Positions 52,192 through 64,000 of a stretch of DNA of 64,000 bases are shown here, one piece after another (positions within the stretch are counted from its first letter, which is position 1; every line of letters begins with the position of its first letter). Made by a program: the position numbers and the translations under genes. Below the pieces are notes generated by a model. That model saw only the letters and a program-made list of their open reading frames with translations. It had not been told where the DNA came from and ran no database searches. Source of the DNA: Camelus ferus (taxonomy: Eukaryota); the NCBI RefSeq assembly GCF_009834535.1, contig NC_045707.1, positions 49,230,001 to 49,294,000 on the forward strand. The letters are read 5' to 3'.

Positions 52192-55100
52192 AGAAGTTAT
52201 TAATTACACAGCTAGCTGTGGTAGTCACATAGCCTGTGATGAATATATACTAGTCCCAATGTCAACAGACAGCAACATGTCTTTCTGAAGTATAACCTCC
52301 TCAGAGGATAATAAGCATTATGTATCTGATTTCTCTTCCTCTCCTTTTCAGTTTTTCTCTCCTTTTTACCTGCTGTCTTTTCTTCCTGCCTGGTGCCTAT
52401 ATCAAATTCAAACACTAAAGTTACTGACCCTTTAGGGTAGTTCCGTCTTGACAGTATCATTCAAGTCTCCTGTACTGACCTTTTATTTTATTCTATTCTG
52501 TTCTCTCTTTGCTAAACTGAGTTTAGTAATATCACAATCCAATCCATCACACAAAAAACTGTTTTCTTGCCTAATTGCCTATTGTCTTGAGATAATGATA
52601 ATGCTTAATTGAAATCAAGAGTTTCATTGTGTTTATTGCTAATGCCAGCAAGTACTATATATTTCTTTTAAAGTAGGTAGCAAAGAGCTGGATGTTAGTA
52701 ACATGAATAATACATTATACATAATATATATAATATATAATACATTATATCACTTCACCTCTCTAAATAATGGACATGGTATCTATCTATAAACATGAGT
52801 TCAAAGTCTACTTTCCTTTGCTACAAGGCAACATGATATATGGGAAGGATGTGACTAGAAAAGGTAAAAACTGATGTCAAACAATGATAAGCTCCAATAC
52901 ACAGTCCACAGAATTGCAAGAAAACTTTCATAAGTCTGGGTCTTCAACTGTCAAATTAATGTTTATAAAATCATGTTTTATGCTCCGGTGCTTCAAAATA
53001 TGCTGTTATGACTTTGCTGTATAATGTGCTTGATTTTCTAGCCTTCAACAGGATAGAAATAATAGTTTTCTCTAAGCAGAACAAAACAGTGTTCTTAATT
53101 GTGAAAAATAACATTTAGAATCCAATAGGGTATCAAACAAATTCGCATTGTGTATATATATGCTCTTTTTAAAGGACTTCAAAATAGATTATAAATTTTA
53201 AATTTATTTTCATAAAGACAATATTAATGCCTGTATATAAAATAGAGGTAAATTTTAGCAAGTTAGTAAATTAAGACTGGGCACAATGAATGATAATTCT
53301 ATGTAAATATGCAGATAGTTTACAAAAATGTTAATGGTGTTATTTATATTTCCGTATTATTTGGGTATAGTCTCCCTAATTATGTGAACTATAGAGTTAC
53401 TATTTTTTAATATATACATACTTATATTTTTCAATCTCTTATGACCGTAGGATAGTTAACTATTCATGGATAATTTAGAAAGCACGGAAAAGTGTAAAAA
53501 GTGTGAAGAAAAATAAAATAATATACAATTTCAAAATTTAGAAAAAAATACTATTAATATTTTCTGTACTTCTTTAGTCTTACACACACACAAACACACA
53601 CATACAAATGTAATAAAGGACACATGTACACAAACTCATTGTATCCCTACATTAGGAAGAAATAGCTCACACAGTGTCAAGGACTTTTGGAAATTAGTGG
53701 CTTGAGGAGATGTGTTCGTGTAAATGAGATGAACTTGGCTTCATACTCTAATACCCAGGTAGTGCTAGTGTCCTTACTCTCTTGTTGCTGTTTTCTCTCT
53801 CCCTCATATGTGTGTATATACATACATACACATGTACACACACATACACGTATAGGCTATAAAATGTACTGTATTTATACTTAAGATACAGACTTTATTT
53901 TTCTTGTTTACCATGTGTACCCCAGTACTTGTATCAGTGTCTGGTAGATATTAGTTGCTCACATATGGATATAGAGAGAGCATTCTCAAACATTCTCAAA
54001 TGTTTATTGAAAGATAAATTCAACTAGACATTTTTCTGCAGCGATGCTTAGGCAATCAGAAACAGTACAGAGAATTCACGGTGTTGGGTTCATCTAGGGT
54101 TGGACATCTTCCAGATCAGTGTTTCAGAATAAAATGATATCAGGGAAGAAAAACAATATTTGCAATAGAGTATTTACCATATTGATGATAACTCTAAGTG
54201 GACACACACGTTCCTGCACATACCCATACAGTGAAGATAAGAGGAGGCTGACACAGAAAGAATGTGCTGGACCGGAGTTCCACTGAGAATGAGAAACTCC
54301 TGAAACAGAAGTACTCGAGCCATTAAGGAACTAAGAGAGCAGAGCACCGAGTAGCTAGTTAGGTTGAAATCAGCCAGCATGACAGTAGAGGTCTGAATGG
54401 AAAGATCAAAGTTGAGATTAAGACAGATGCTGTGGGACAGAAATTAATGTCTTTGCTAAATAGAGAATACTTGGGAGGTTAGTAGATTATTATGACAAGA
54501 AGGAAGCGAGGACAAAAGACTGATGAAGAGGGTGAACCACAAGTAATTAAAGGGTACAAACATGGAAGAGGGAGTAATAGATTGGAAACCCCTGTTTGAC
54601 TGGGCTGCAGCAGAAAGGAACCCCTAGAGAAAAAAGCCAGATATCTGCTAGTCAGAGAGATAAAGTATCTTTGAAAGTGAGATAAAAGATAAAATGAATA
54701 GCTTACTAACCTCCAATCAGGACTTTGTCCTGTTTTTTTCTTTTGATAATATAATTTAGTCATTTTTAGTTAACAGAAGAAAAATTATAAGAATTTTGGA
54801 AAATATGCATGGAATTTCTATTTCCCCATTGTTCTGTAATTATTTCTTCATAATATTTATATACAGAAGTCCATAAATAAATAAGATGATATGAAAATAA
54901 ACATAAAGTGTTCCAAAAACATCAGTGAATTAACATGATAGGACGTTTGAAGCTGAAGGAACTCACACCATTGTCCAACCTTATCTGCCGGAAAAGTGGC
55001 TTGGCTGAGCAAGAAATGGACGTCTGCCATTGGTGTGGGAGTAAGTGGTTAAAAGTTTCAGTTACCCAAATGCCAGCACAGACTTTTATGTGGCAACTGT

Positions 55101-55933
55101 CTCATGTTTGTCTTAGTACTTCCTCTTTTATATCATTAGAGAAAACAGAAACTGGACTGCAAATTTCCATAGTTCATGCTAAAATTTAGTATTCCCCATA
55201 TAACCAGCAAACATACTATCACCTCTTTTACTAAACAATGTACTCAAGATCCTATCTATCAAACTAAGAAAAAAATAAATAGAAAAATAAGAAATTCAAG
55301 AATACAATTTTGTTGTAATTGTAATTGTTCTCAAGAAAAAATGTTGTCTATTAAGAAAACTCAAATGAATCTAAATCCAAATTATTAAAATTAATGACAG
55401 TTCAGAGAAATTAATGAACATAAAATAAATTATTTTTAAAATCATATTTTTATATCTTAGTAATGGGGAACACTAAGCTGTAATTTTAAAAATATAATCT
55501 ACCTGATAGCAGAAAATAAAGACAGCAAAAAATCAGGTCAGTGGATAAGATGATTAAATATACATATGATAATTCTCTCCTTTATTAATACACAAACTTC
55601 TGAAATTATAAGAAAAATCCAGAAGTTTTTCACTAAACTTTTTTTTTTAAAGAGAGACTTAAAAAGGTATATGGAAATAAAAATTTCCAGTGGTTAAAGA
55701 CATTTTTGAAAAGGAAGAGGAAAAAGAGAATGAGATGCACATACTTACTCAACTGGATATCAAGATTATAATGCTGAATTGATAAAGGGAATGCGCATTT
55801 CACAGAAATAGAAAAGTAGATTAATAGAACAAAATAGACGGCTCATAGATAATCCCATATAGAAGTGAAATCTTGACTTAGAATGGTCACTGTAGATCAG
55901 TGGGAAAGGACAAATTCTTTACTAATAGCTTTC

Positions 55934-55937
<4 letters not shown>

Positions 55938-56005
<68 letters not shown>
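55938..56005. repeat. (TAA)~22 microsatellite
   Basis: Direct reading. Confidence 0.97.
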
Positions 56006-56499
56006 GTATCAGTTCTCTACTTCATGCCATACACAAAAGTCAATTCTGGTGAACTGCTGTTCCACATATGAAAATCAATATTTTAAAACTTAAAAAGAAA
56101 ATATTTCTTTCAGATTAGAATAAGGTTCTTTTAGATAAATACATAATTTATGAAGGAAATATTAATTCCATTATACTAAAATAAAATACTATTGGTTATC
56201 TCAAGACCCCATTCAAAAAACGAGAAAAGCCAAGTCATAAGGCAAAGAAGAGACAAAAAGAATTGGCATTTAGAATATATAAGTAATACTTACAAATCAA
56301 TAAGAAAAACAGAAATGACTCAATAGAAAGTAGTAAATACTAAAAAGAGGCAATTCACAAAAGAAATCAAGGTAATAAAAACAAAAACCAAAAAACCTTT
56401 AAAGATACTTAATGTCACCTGAAATCAAGAAAATGTAAATCAAAACTAAGGTGATGAATAATTCACTACTTCAGTGTCTTGTAAAAATTAAGAAGTCAG

Positions 56500-56929
56500 T
56501 GTTGGTTTGCAAACTCGGGAGTTTCCTCGGTGTAATATGAAACTGGCCCTTGCACACAGAAGGCAAGGAGAGACTGTAGAAAGAGGCAGAGCACTCCATA
56601 TTGGTAGGTAGCAGATTTAATAAACAAGGGAACTTACATACTATGATTGTCTGGGGTGGCCACAAGATTAATAGATCTCCACACTCATCACCAGAATCTT
56701 AAAAGTTTATATAGAGAACTTGAACAGTTCAGTCACATGTTCAATCCAGGATGTGTCTCAACAAACCATTGCTCTCTCAAGGTTGAGTCCTTGAAAATGG
56801 CTCTCATTGTAGAAACAGTGGGCAAAACACACATTCCAAGAACAGAGGAGGGGTGAGGAGCCTCCAATTGCCCAGATCCAGCTCTCGGGTCAACCAGAGA
56901 TCAAGTCCTCGAGAGTAGGTCCTCCACCA
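56500..56929 (-). mobile_element. ERVL-class solo LTR (MER54/MER73/MER74-like)
   Basis: Minus strand TGGTGGAGG...TATATAAAC...ATTAAA...GCAAACCAACA; diverged 5-bp flanks GTCAG/ACCAG. Confidence 0.75.
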
Positions 56930-56946
56930 ACCAGCAATACCTAATA

Positions 56947-57153
56947 CCGTTGATCCTTGAACAAAGTACCAATCCTCATGCAGTTGAAAATCTGCATCTA
57001 ACTCTACAGTCAACCCTCCACATCCACACAGTTCCACATACAGGGGTTCAACCAACAGTGGATTGTGTAGTACTGCAGAATGCATTTATTGGAAAAAATC
57101 CACATATAAATGGACCCCTGCAGTTCAAACTCATGTTGTTCATGAATCAAATG
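56947..57153. mobile_element. Tigger2a-type MITE
   Basis: Terminal repeats CCGTTGATCCTTGAACAA / TTGTTCATGAATCAAATG, with TA on both sides. Confidence 0.82.
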
Positions 57154-57560
57154 TACTGTAGAGCACACAGAGCAGAAGGCATGCACAGACTGCTAGCAGG
57201 TGAAAAATGTTGTAGCCCCTTGAGACAGAGTATTAGCTAAAGATATGATCTCTTTATTCACCACTCCTCGCTACATAATCTGAAGGACTCATGCATATTA
57301 CCCAAGACAGATAAAAGAATGTTCATAGCAGGCTTATTTACCACAGGAAAAACTAGAAACAACAAAATTGTCTGTCAGCAAGGGAATAGATAAATAAACT
57401 GTGATACAGTCACACAATTTAATGCAAACAACTATGAAAATAAGCAAATTAAAATTTTGCAAATCAACATGGATAGCTCTTAAAAATGTTAAGTGGTAAA
57501 CATAAGTTACAGGAAAAAACCCAAAATGAAATAGCAAGTATATGTGTTGGTATATTTATA

Positions 57561-57620
57561 TAATATAATATAATATAATATAATATAATATAATATAATA
57601 TAATATAATATAATATAATA
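57561..57620. repeat. (TAATA)12 pentanucleotide repeat
   Basis: Direct reading. Confidence 0.97.
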
Positions 57621-59289
57621 TATAGTATATATATGAATAAGCACACACACACAAGGAGAGTATAAAAGCATGTATGGAAATAACAGACCTCTAATTCAAG
57701 ATAGAAGCTACCTCTTTAGAGCTTGGGCAGTAGGGGATGTGGTCAGGGAACAGTACTACCAAGGCTTCCTCAATTCCGTGGATATTGTTGCATTTCTTAA
57801 GCTGGGTACTATTTACCACATGCATTTTATATTATTCCTTATCTTCCTTGTTATGTATTGAAGGTTTTATAATTCCTGTAAGAGTCTACTGCACTAGAAC
57901 AAGCAAAAGATGACAAGGGCTTGAACTGTGGTATAGACCTAGGAGTGACAAAGAGAGAACTCATGAGAACTACTTAGATCAAATTATCAGAACTTGGTCA
58001 TTAACTTGAAAAGAAGAGGTTTCCAGCTCAGGATCTCAAGATGACAGTCTCACTAACCAAGATAGGGAGTATCTAGGGAAGAATATTAGGTAGCCCAGAC
58101 CCCTGTGTCTCAGTGTGCATTTAGATTATTTAGTATTTTTATTGGCCATGTTTCACTTTCACTTTCTTGAGCAAGAATAACCCGAGTTCCTGGAAAGTTT
58201 ATCTACAAGCCCTAGTTTCCACATGTATTTATATTACTGCATAGTAAAAATCCTACCATCATTTTGTAGTGGAGAGCAAAAGATCAAATGGATAAAATAA
58301 CGGGTTTGGGTTTTGTAAAGTTAAAGAAATGACCATAGCGAGCCTGCTGTGGGGACAGGTGCCAATCTCAAATCAAATTATAATGGGATTCTGGGTTTTG
58401 TAGTTCCACTCAATCACATGTTCCCTGGATTTAGTGCATCCTTGCCCATCTGAACTGCAAAAGACCTCATGAAACATTCTGGCCCAGACCTGCTTTGTCG
58501 GCACGTGGACAGCTAAGCCATTTCAGATAGATGATTTTATGCTTTTCTAATGTCTGGCCTCTGAATCTTCTCCAAGTCCTCCACGTTCCACTTAGCCTTA
58601 TATTGGTTTTGAGCTGGAAATTTTTTTTTTAACTTGGAGTATTAATTAATTTAAAAAATTCCTTTGTTTTTATGTACCATTCAGTCTTTATATAGAGAAT
58701 TTGACTGAGTTAATATAATTTGATTGATACAGAGAAGGAAATAATACCATTTAATATTTTTTAATGAATAACAATCCTTTAGAAGTTGAATAACTTAAAA
58801 TTTGGTTGAATAAAGCATTTGATTGTGGTTAGTAATCATGTAGCAGTAGGGGGCTAGTCAGGATAATAACGAGGAAAGAGGGAATAATGTTTCTCTATGT
58901 TTAGTACCAACCCAAATCTTGTGGATTCTTCATTTCAGACCAAATTTAAATTGCCTTGTGGAGTTTGTTTACTCTTGGGCAGACATGACTTCCTGTTTCT
59001 CCAGGGGGAAAAACAAGCTTTGCACAGTCCTAAAATAATCTCATAAAGCTTTGGGGAACTTTCTTTTTTACTTTATGAAACATTTTGGAGAGTTAAGAGG
59101 ATCAGAGGCATAAAAATAAATGTTAAATTTTGTATCCAATGACATGAATTTTATGAGACTACAAAATTTATACAAAATATACAGTATCTCAAAAACTGAT
59201 GAAAGAATTCTGAAATGAATATTAAACATGTATATGCAACATTTGTAACATACTTGGTTTCTAACTTTCAGTATATATTTTTTAAATAT

Positions 59290-59420
59290 TGAGGGACACT
59301 ATTTTCTAGAACTACACCATAAGCTCCATGAGGAAATTGATGTTTGTCTTATTCATCAATCCATTCCAGGGCTTAGCACAGTGCCTGACCCACTGTAGAA
59401 ATTCACTGATTTTCTCTCTA
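59290..59420 (+). mobile_element. L2 3' end
   Basis: TAAGCTCCATGAGG...TGTCTTATTCATC...CCAGGGCTTAGCACAGTGCCTG. Confidence 0.75.
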
Positions 59421-59479
59421 TTATGAAAACCATGGGCTATTTTTATCTGTAACAATATACCATTTATTCTTAATACTCA

Positions 59480-61370
59480 TTTTTTTTATAAATGGTGCTG
59501 GGACAACTAGATATCACACACAAAAGAATGAGCTAAGCCCTGACTTCACAATAAATATAAAAATTAACTTAAAATGTTATTCAAAGACCTAATATTCAGA
59601 GCTAAAACTGTAAGGTCCCTAGAAGAAAACACAGATACACATCTTCATGATCCTGAATTAGGCAGTGGCTTTTTCGATATTATACCAAAAGCACACACAA
59701 CTAAAGAAAAAAAAATAAACTGAATTTTAGCAAGAGCAAAAGATTTCATGCTTCAAAGAGCACCATCAAGACAGTGAAAGTCAACCCACAAAATTGTATA
59801 CTTCTAGTGGCTGAACTGTATAGTATATATGTTATATCTTAACAAAGCTGTCAAAGATATGAAATATTGATAAATTTAGAAAAAAATGTGGAAGACTTGA
59901 ATAGTGAATACTATAAAACATTATTGAAAGAATAAAAGAGTTTCTAAATAAATGAAGTGATACGCTATATCCATGGATTGGAAGATTGAATATGGTTAAG
60001 ATGCTAGATGTTCTCTGCTAATTGATTTACAGATTCAAAGATATCCCAAGTAAAACTCGAGGATGTTTTGTTTGTTTTGGTAAAAATTGGCAAGTATACT
60101 TTAAAATTCATGGGGAAATGCAGAGGAACTAGAATAGCCAAACAACTTTGTAAAAAAATAAAAGTGAAGAATTAACATAACCTGACTCCAAGACTTACTA
60201 TAAGGCTACAGTAATTAAAACAATGTTATAGTCACATAAGGATAGAAGAAATAATAGAGCATAGAATTACACTCAACATATATATCCACTTAAGTTTTGA
60301 AAAGGGTGTACATGAAATTTACTGGGAAAGTGTTATCTTTTCAACAAATTGGCTATAAATATGAAAAAAATTGAACTTGGAGCCATACCTTGCATGTTAT
60401 ATGAGAATTAATTTAAAATGGGTAATTGACTTCCATGTGGAACCTAAAATTACTTAACAATAGGAGGAAACAGGCTATAACATCAAAAGCAGGATGTATT
60501 AAAGAAAAACTTAATGAACTGGATTTCATCAAATTAAGACCTTTTGTCCTTTGAAAGATAAAGGGAAAAACATTTTTAGAAATCACATAACTGATAAGTG
60601 AATTATATCCATGATATATAAAAAAACTCAAAACACAATAATAAACAATTTTATATGATTTTTTAATATTTTATATTGATGGCAACTATGCATATGAAAA
60701 ATATGCTTGCATCATTAGCCATAAGAAAAATGAAATTTAAAACCATGACTAGATGCCACCAGGCACCTGTTATAATGCCTAAACTTTAAAAACACTACAT
60801 ATTAACTTATGATGAGTTTACAGGACTCTGGAATCTTCATTTATTGCTGGGAATGTACAACAGTATATCCAACTTGCCAAACTGTTACACAGTTTTTAAG
60901 GTAAACACATGCCTATCCCATGACACAGCAATTCAACTCCTAGGTGGAATAACGGAAGAAAAAATGGTTATGTATGTTTTGGAAAGGACTTCTTCAATAA
61001 TGTTAATAGAATCTTTGTAATTTCTCCTAAACTAGAAAAAAAAATTCAAACATCTACGAACACAAGAATGCAATGACAAATGGTAATACTTTTATCCAAT
61101 GGAGTTCTATAAATCAAAATAAATATATAAATAAGTTACTGTCACATACAATGAGTTGGATGGATCTCCAAATATATAAGAGCAAAAAAGCGCATACAAG
61201 AAATGTGCTTAATGATTCTATTTGTATGGAGTTCAGATATTAGGAAAACTCACTTACGTTATAGAAATTTAAATGTAACCTTCATAGTTGACTATTGAAA
61301 AGGAATGCGCCACAAAGAAACTTTCTCAAGTCATGGGAAGATTTTTATAACTATCATGGTTCCAATTTAA
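59480..61370 (+). mobile_element. Old L1 fragments (two pieces, ~59480-59855 and ~59860-61370)
   Basis: AAATGGTGCTGGGACAACTAGATA; CCATGGATTGGAAGATTGAATATGGTTAAGATG; GACTTACTATAAGGCTACAGTAAT. Confidence 0.85.
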
Positions 61371-62964
61371 ATGGCATATGACTAAAAGCCTCAAACCCTT
61401 TGTTAGTACTCTCTTAAAGATATAAGAATACACAGGAAAATGAGGACAATTTGAAGTGCCAAAAGTTAAGATTATTATACGATGACTTACAAGAGCTGGA
61501 GGAAATTTTCATCAGCTCTAAGACAATGATACTGGATAGATAAAATAATCTGTGGTTGACTAAAGCTTCATATCCTGAAACAGTGTAGTCATAACTGCCC
61601 CCCAAAGTTCTACTTTCTTCCCTAACAACTCTTTCTCTGGTTGAAAAATCCAAGGATTATCACTAACTAGAATACTGGATAGTTGTAAAGAAATAATTTA
61701 CTCATTGGCATCAGATTTCCTCCACCATTAACAGAAATTTTATAAGTGAAAAGTCTATGACCTTATTTTAATCCTGGCCAAACTAGAATTTATATGAAAT
61801 GACAATAAAAATCTAAACAAATATCCAAATAAATATCTAAAATACATAAATCTCATAAATTATGAGATTTGCAAATTCACCTTAAAAAATTACTGTGTGA
61901 GACACACCAACAAATTAATAGATGTGTCACATTAAAAATTTAAGAAGGAAGGTTTTACTGGAAAGGATTGGTCATGTAGCAATTAATAAACCAAGTAAAT
62001 AGAAAGTTAAGTCTAACAAAGTATGTATAAATATTGCAAGAAAGTCAAAGACTATCCAAAATAATCTATAACTATAAGAGCTTTAGGGTAAATCATAATT
62101 TTTAAATGAAGATTTAACTTTTAAATACACTGTAATAAAAATGGATCATCTGTGCAGTTGTGTGCACATTTAACATTTTGTGTGTGCGTGAATATGTGTG
62201 GGTGTGTGTATACAGGAGGTAAAGAGAAAGAGAAAGGTATACTTCAACAAGTGAGAAAATTAAGGAACATTAACCTTATCATCTTAGACAGGAGTAATCT
62301 AATATACCAGAAAGTAAAAATTCAGTTAGCATATTCAGAAAAGTAAAATTTTCTTGTCAAAGGATAAAAAATATAAAATCAAAAATTTGAGAAAAATTTC
62401 TTCTTAAGAAGAAAGCTAGTGTTAAAGAGAAGTTATAAAGCAATCCATAGATATTTATTTTTTTCAGATGAAGTATAATTACTGGGCCTTATCTCCCAGA
62501 AGATTAAGGCGGACATTAAGGCACAATTCAGAATACATTTTGCTGTGCTTTATTTTTCTTCATGGATTATATCTTTTCTAAGGCTCCTGAAACACAAAAT
62601 GCAGAAAAATAAAATAATTCACATATTTACTAAAAATCCTGTCTTTATCCTTTTGAAATAAAATGTAGGTAGACATTATATTCACTTCCATTGTTATGAA
62701 ATATGTTTTGATGATACATGAAATCATAAAATATGGGTAATGGAAGATAAAATAAAACCTTATAAATTACTCCTGTGTATTCTTTCAATATATATAATAA
62801 ATTTGTGGAAAATTATATTTTTTTTCCTTCTTTCTGACCTCCTCTGGGTATTTATTCCCTACGCATATATAATCCAAGTGTAATTTCTCCAGATGATGAA
62901 GTGTTTTCTTTTGCTGATTCTCTTCCTCTAAGCTGAATAAAGTAAATACATATATATATGAAAA

Positions 62965-63002
62965 GTGTGTGTGTGTATGTGTGTGTGTGTGTGTGTGTGT
63001 GT
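62965..63002. repeat. (GT)n microsatellite
   Basis: Direct reading. Confidence 0.95.
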
Positions 63003-63039
63003 ATCTATAGATATATGCCCTGGCTTCATTACTGGCCAT

Positions 63040-64000
63040 GATAAGGTAACTATTGATGGACAATTAGTTGTCCTTCCACATATAACTACAAACCTGTATG
63101 AAGTAACTGTCAGTAGCCATTGAACAATGGGCAGCAAAAGACCAAATCCCTGAGAGAAAGGAAATTCAAGGTTATTAGCTTGGTAATCACCCTGGATATT
63201 TACACAGGGACAATTTCCTAATGATTGCACAGGAACTTAGAGACCAAGCAAAGGACAAAGAGCTTCTGAGCTGAAGAGGTGTACTTTAGCAGCTGGTACT
63301 GCTGAAGGAGTTGGAATCTTTGGGACGGGGAGCCAGAGAAAAAGGGAGCAATATGTAAGTAGGGTTACATGGAGTTTACCCAGGAAAGCAAGATTAGTTT
63401 AACATTCTAACATTAAAAGTTATATATTAACAGAATAAAAGATAAAATAATTTTGTCATTTCAGTAGATGCAGAAGATATTTTAAAAAAAATAGCATCTA
63501 CTCACAATAAAAACTTATGGGAAAACAGAAATAAAAGGGAACTTCTGCAAACTGATAACAGGCATGTAATAAAAACCTACAGCTAACATGCTGAATGGCA
63601 AACCACTGGCTGCTCTCCCTCTAAGATATGAAACGAGGCAAACCTACTCCTCAGCATTTATTCAGGAAAAATAAATAGTAAAGCCCACAAAATCCCACAA
63701 GCATTAATGTTTATGGCAACTTTATTTACATTAGCCCCAAACTGGAAACAAGCCAAATGCCAACAATAGGCAAGTGGAAAAAAGAAGTGTGGTATACTCA
63801 TAAAGTGACGTGATACCTATCAATAAAGAGCAATTAACTGATAACCACAATGGATGGATCTCAAAAATATTATGCTAAGTGAAAGAAGGCAGATATAAGA
63901 GCATATTTTTGTATTATTTCATTTAGATGACATTCTGAAATAGTTATAGCCAACCCATAGTGACAGAAATAGTTCAATAGTTGCTTAGTGACAAGGATGA
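63040..64000 (+). mobile_element. Fragmented old L1 pieces (5'-UTR-like, ORF2 RT region, 3' end)
   Basis: TCAGTAGATGCAGAAG...AAAACCTACAGCTAACAT; TAGCCCCAAACTGGAAACAAGCCAAATG; TATGCTAAGTGAAAGAAGGCAGA. Confidence 0.75.

Larger units (their letters stand above)
55200..57860 (+). mobile_element. Old L1ME, late ORF2 to 3' UTR, with nested insertions
   Basis: GATTAATAGAACAAAATAGA, CTACTTCATGCCATACACAAAAGTCAATTC, AAGAATGTTCATAGCAG. Confidence 0.75.

Noticed and set aside
55883..56071. Poly-Ile membrane-like ORF
   Set aside because: Translation of a (TAA)n microsatellite
61430..61545. Coding-looking frame ENEDNLKCQKLRLLYDDLQELEEIF
   Set aside because: No polypyrimidine tract, early stop, no recognisable homologue
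1..64000. Prokaryotic-type systems (CRISPR, operons, retrons)
   Set aside because: Sequence is mammalian repeat-rich DNA with no repeat-spacer array or gene-dense region

Overview
AT-rich, CpG-poor mammalian genomic DNA with no recognisable cellular protein-coding exon, RNA gene or CpG island. It is intergenic or deep intronic and largely built of transposable-element relics. A tRNA-derived SINE matching the camelid Vic-1 family (47006-47141) points to a camel/llama/alpaca genome; this is inferred from recalled consensus sequences, not a database search. Main contents: (1) the 3' ~4.4 kb of a decayed, internally deleted ERV1 provirus (gag MA and NC remnants, protease LVDTGA motif, ~1.9 kb AT-rich stretch in place of RT/RNase H, integrase C-terminus, env with ISD and CX6CC, PPT, short 3' LTR); (2) solo LTRs with target-site duplications (TSDs), several nested in older repeats; (3) a young 5'-truncated L1 (35067-38314) plus two tiny 3'-end insertions of the same lineage; (4) an older 5'-inverted (twin-priming) L1; (5) many MIR, L2, MaLR, hAT and Tigger relics and microsatellites. 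Apart from the L1 pieces, the supplied ORFs look like chance frames. I found no convincing new biological system; the best leads are the deleted ERV/env and the retrotransposition footprints. Family names come from memory of consensus sequences and need Dfam/RepeatMasker confirmation.
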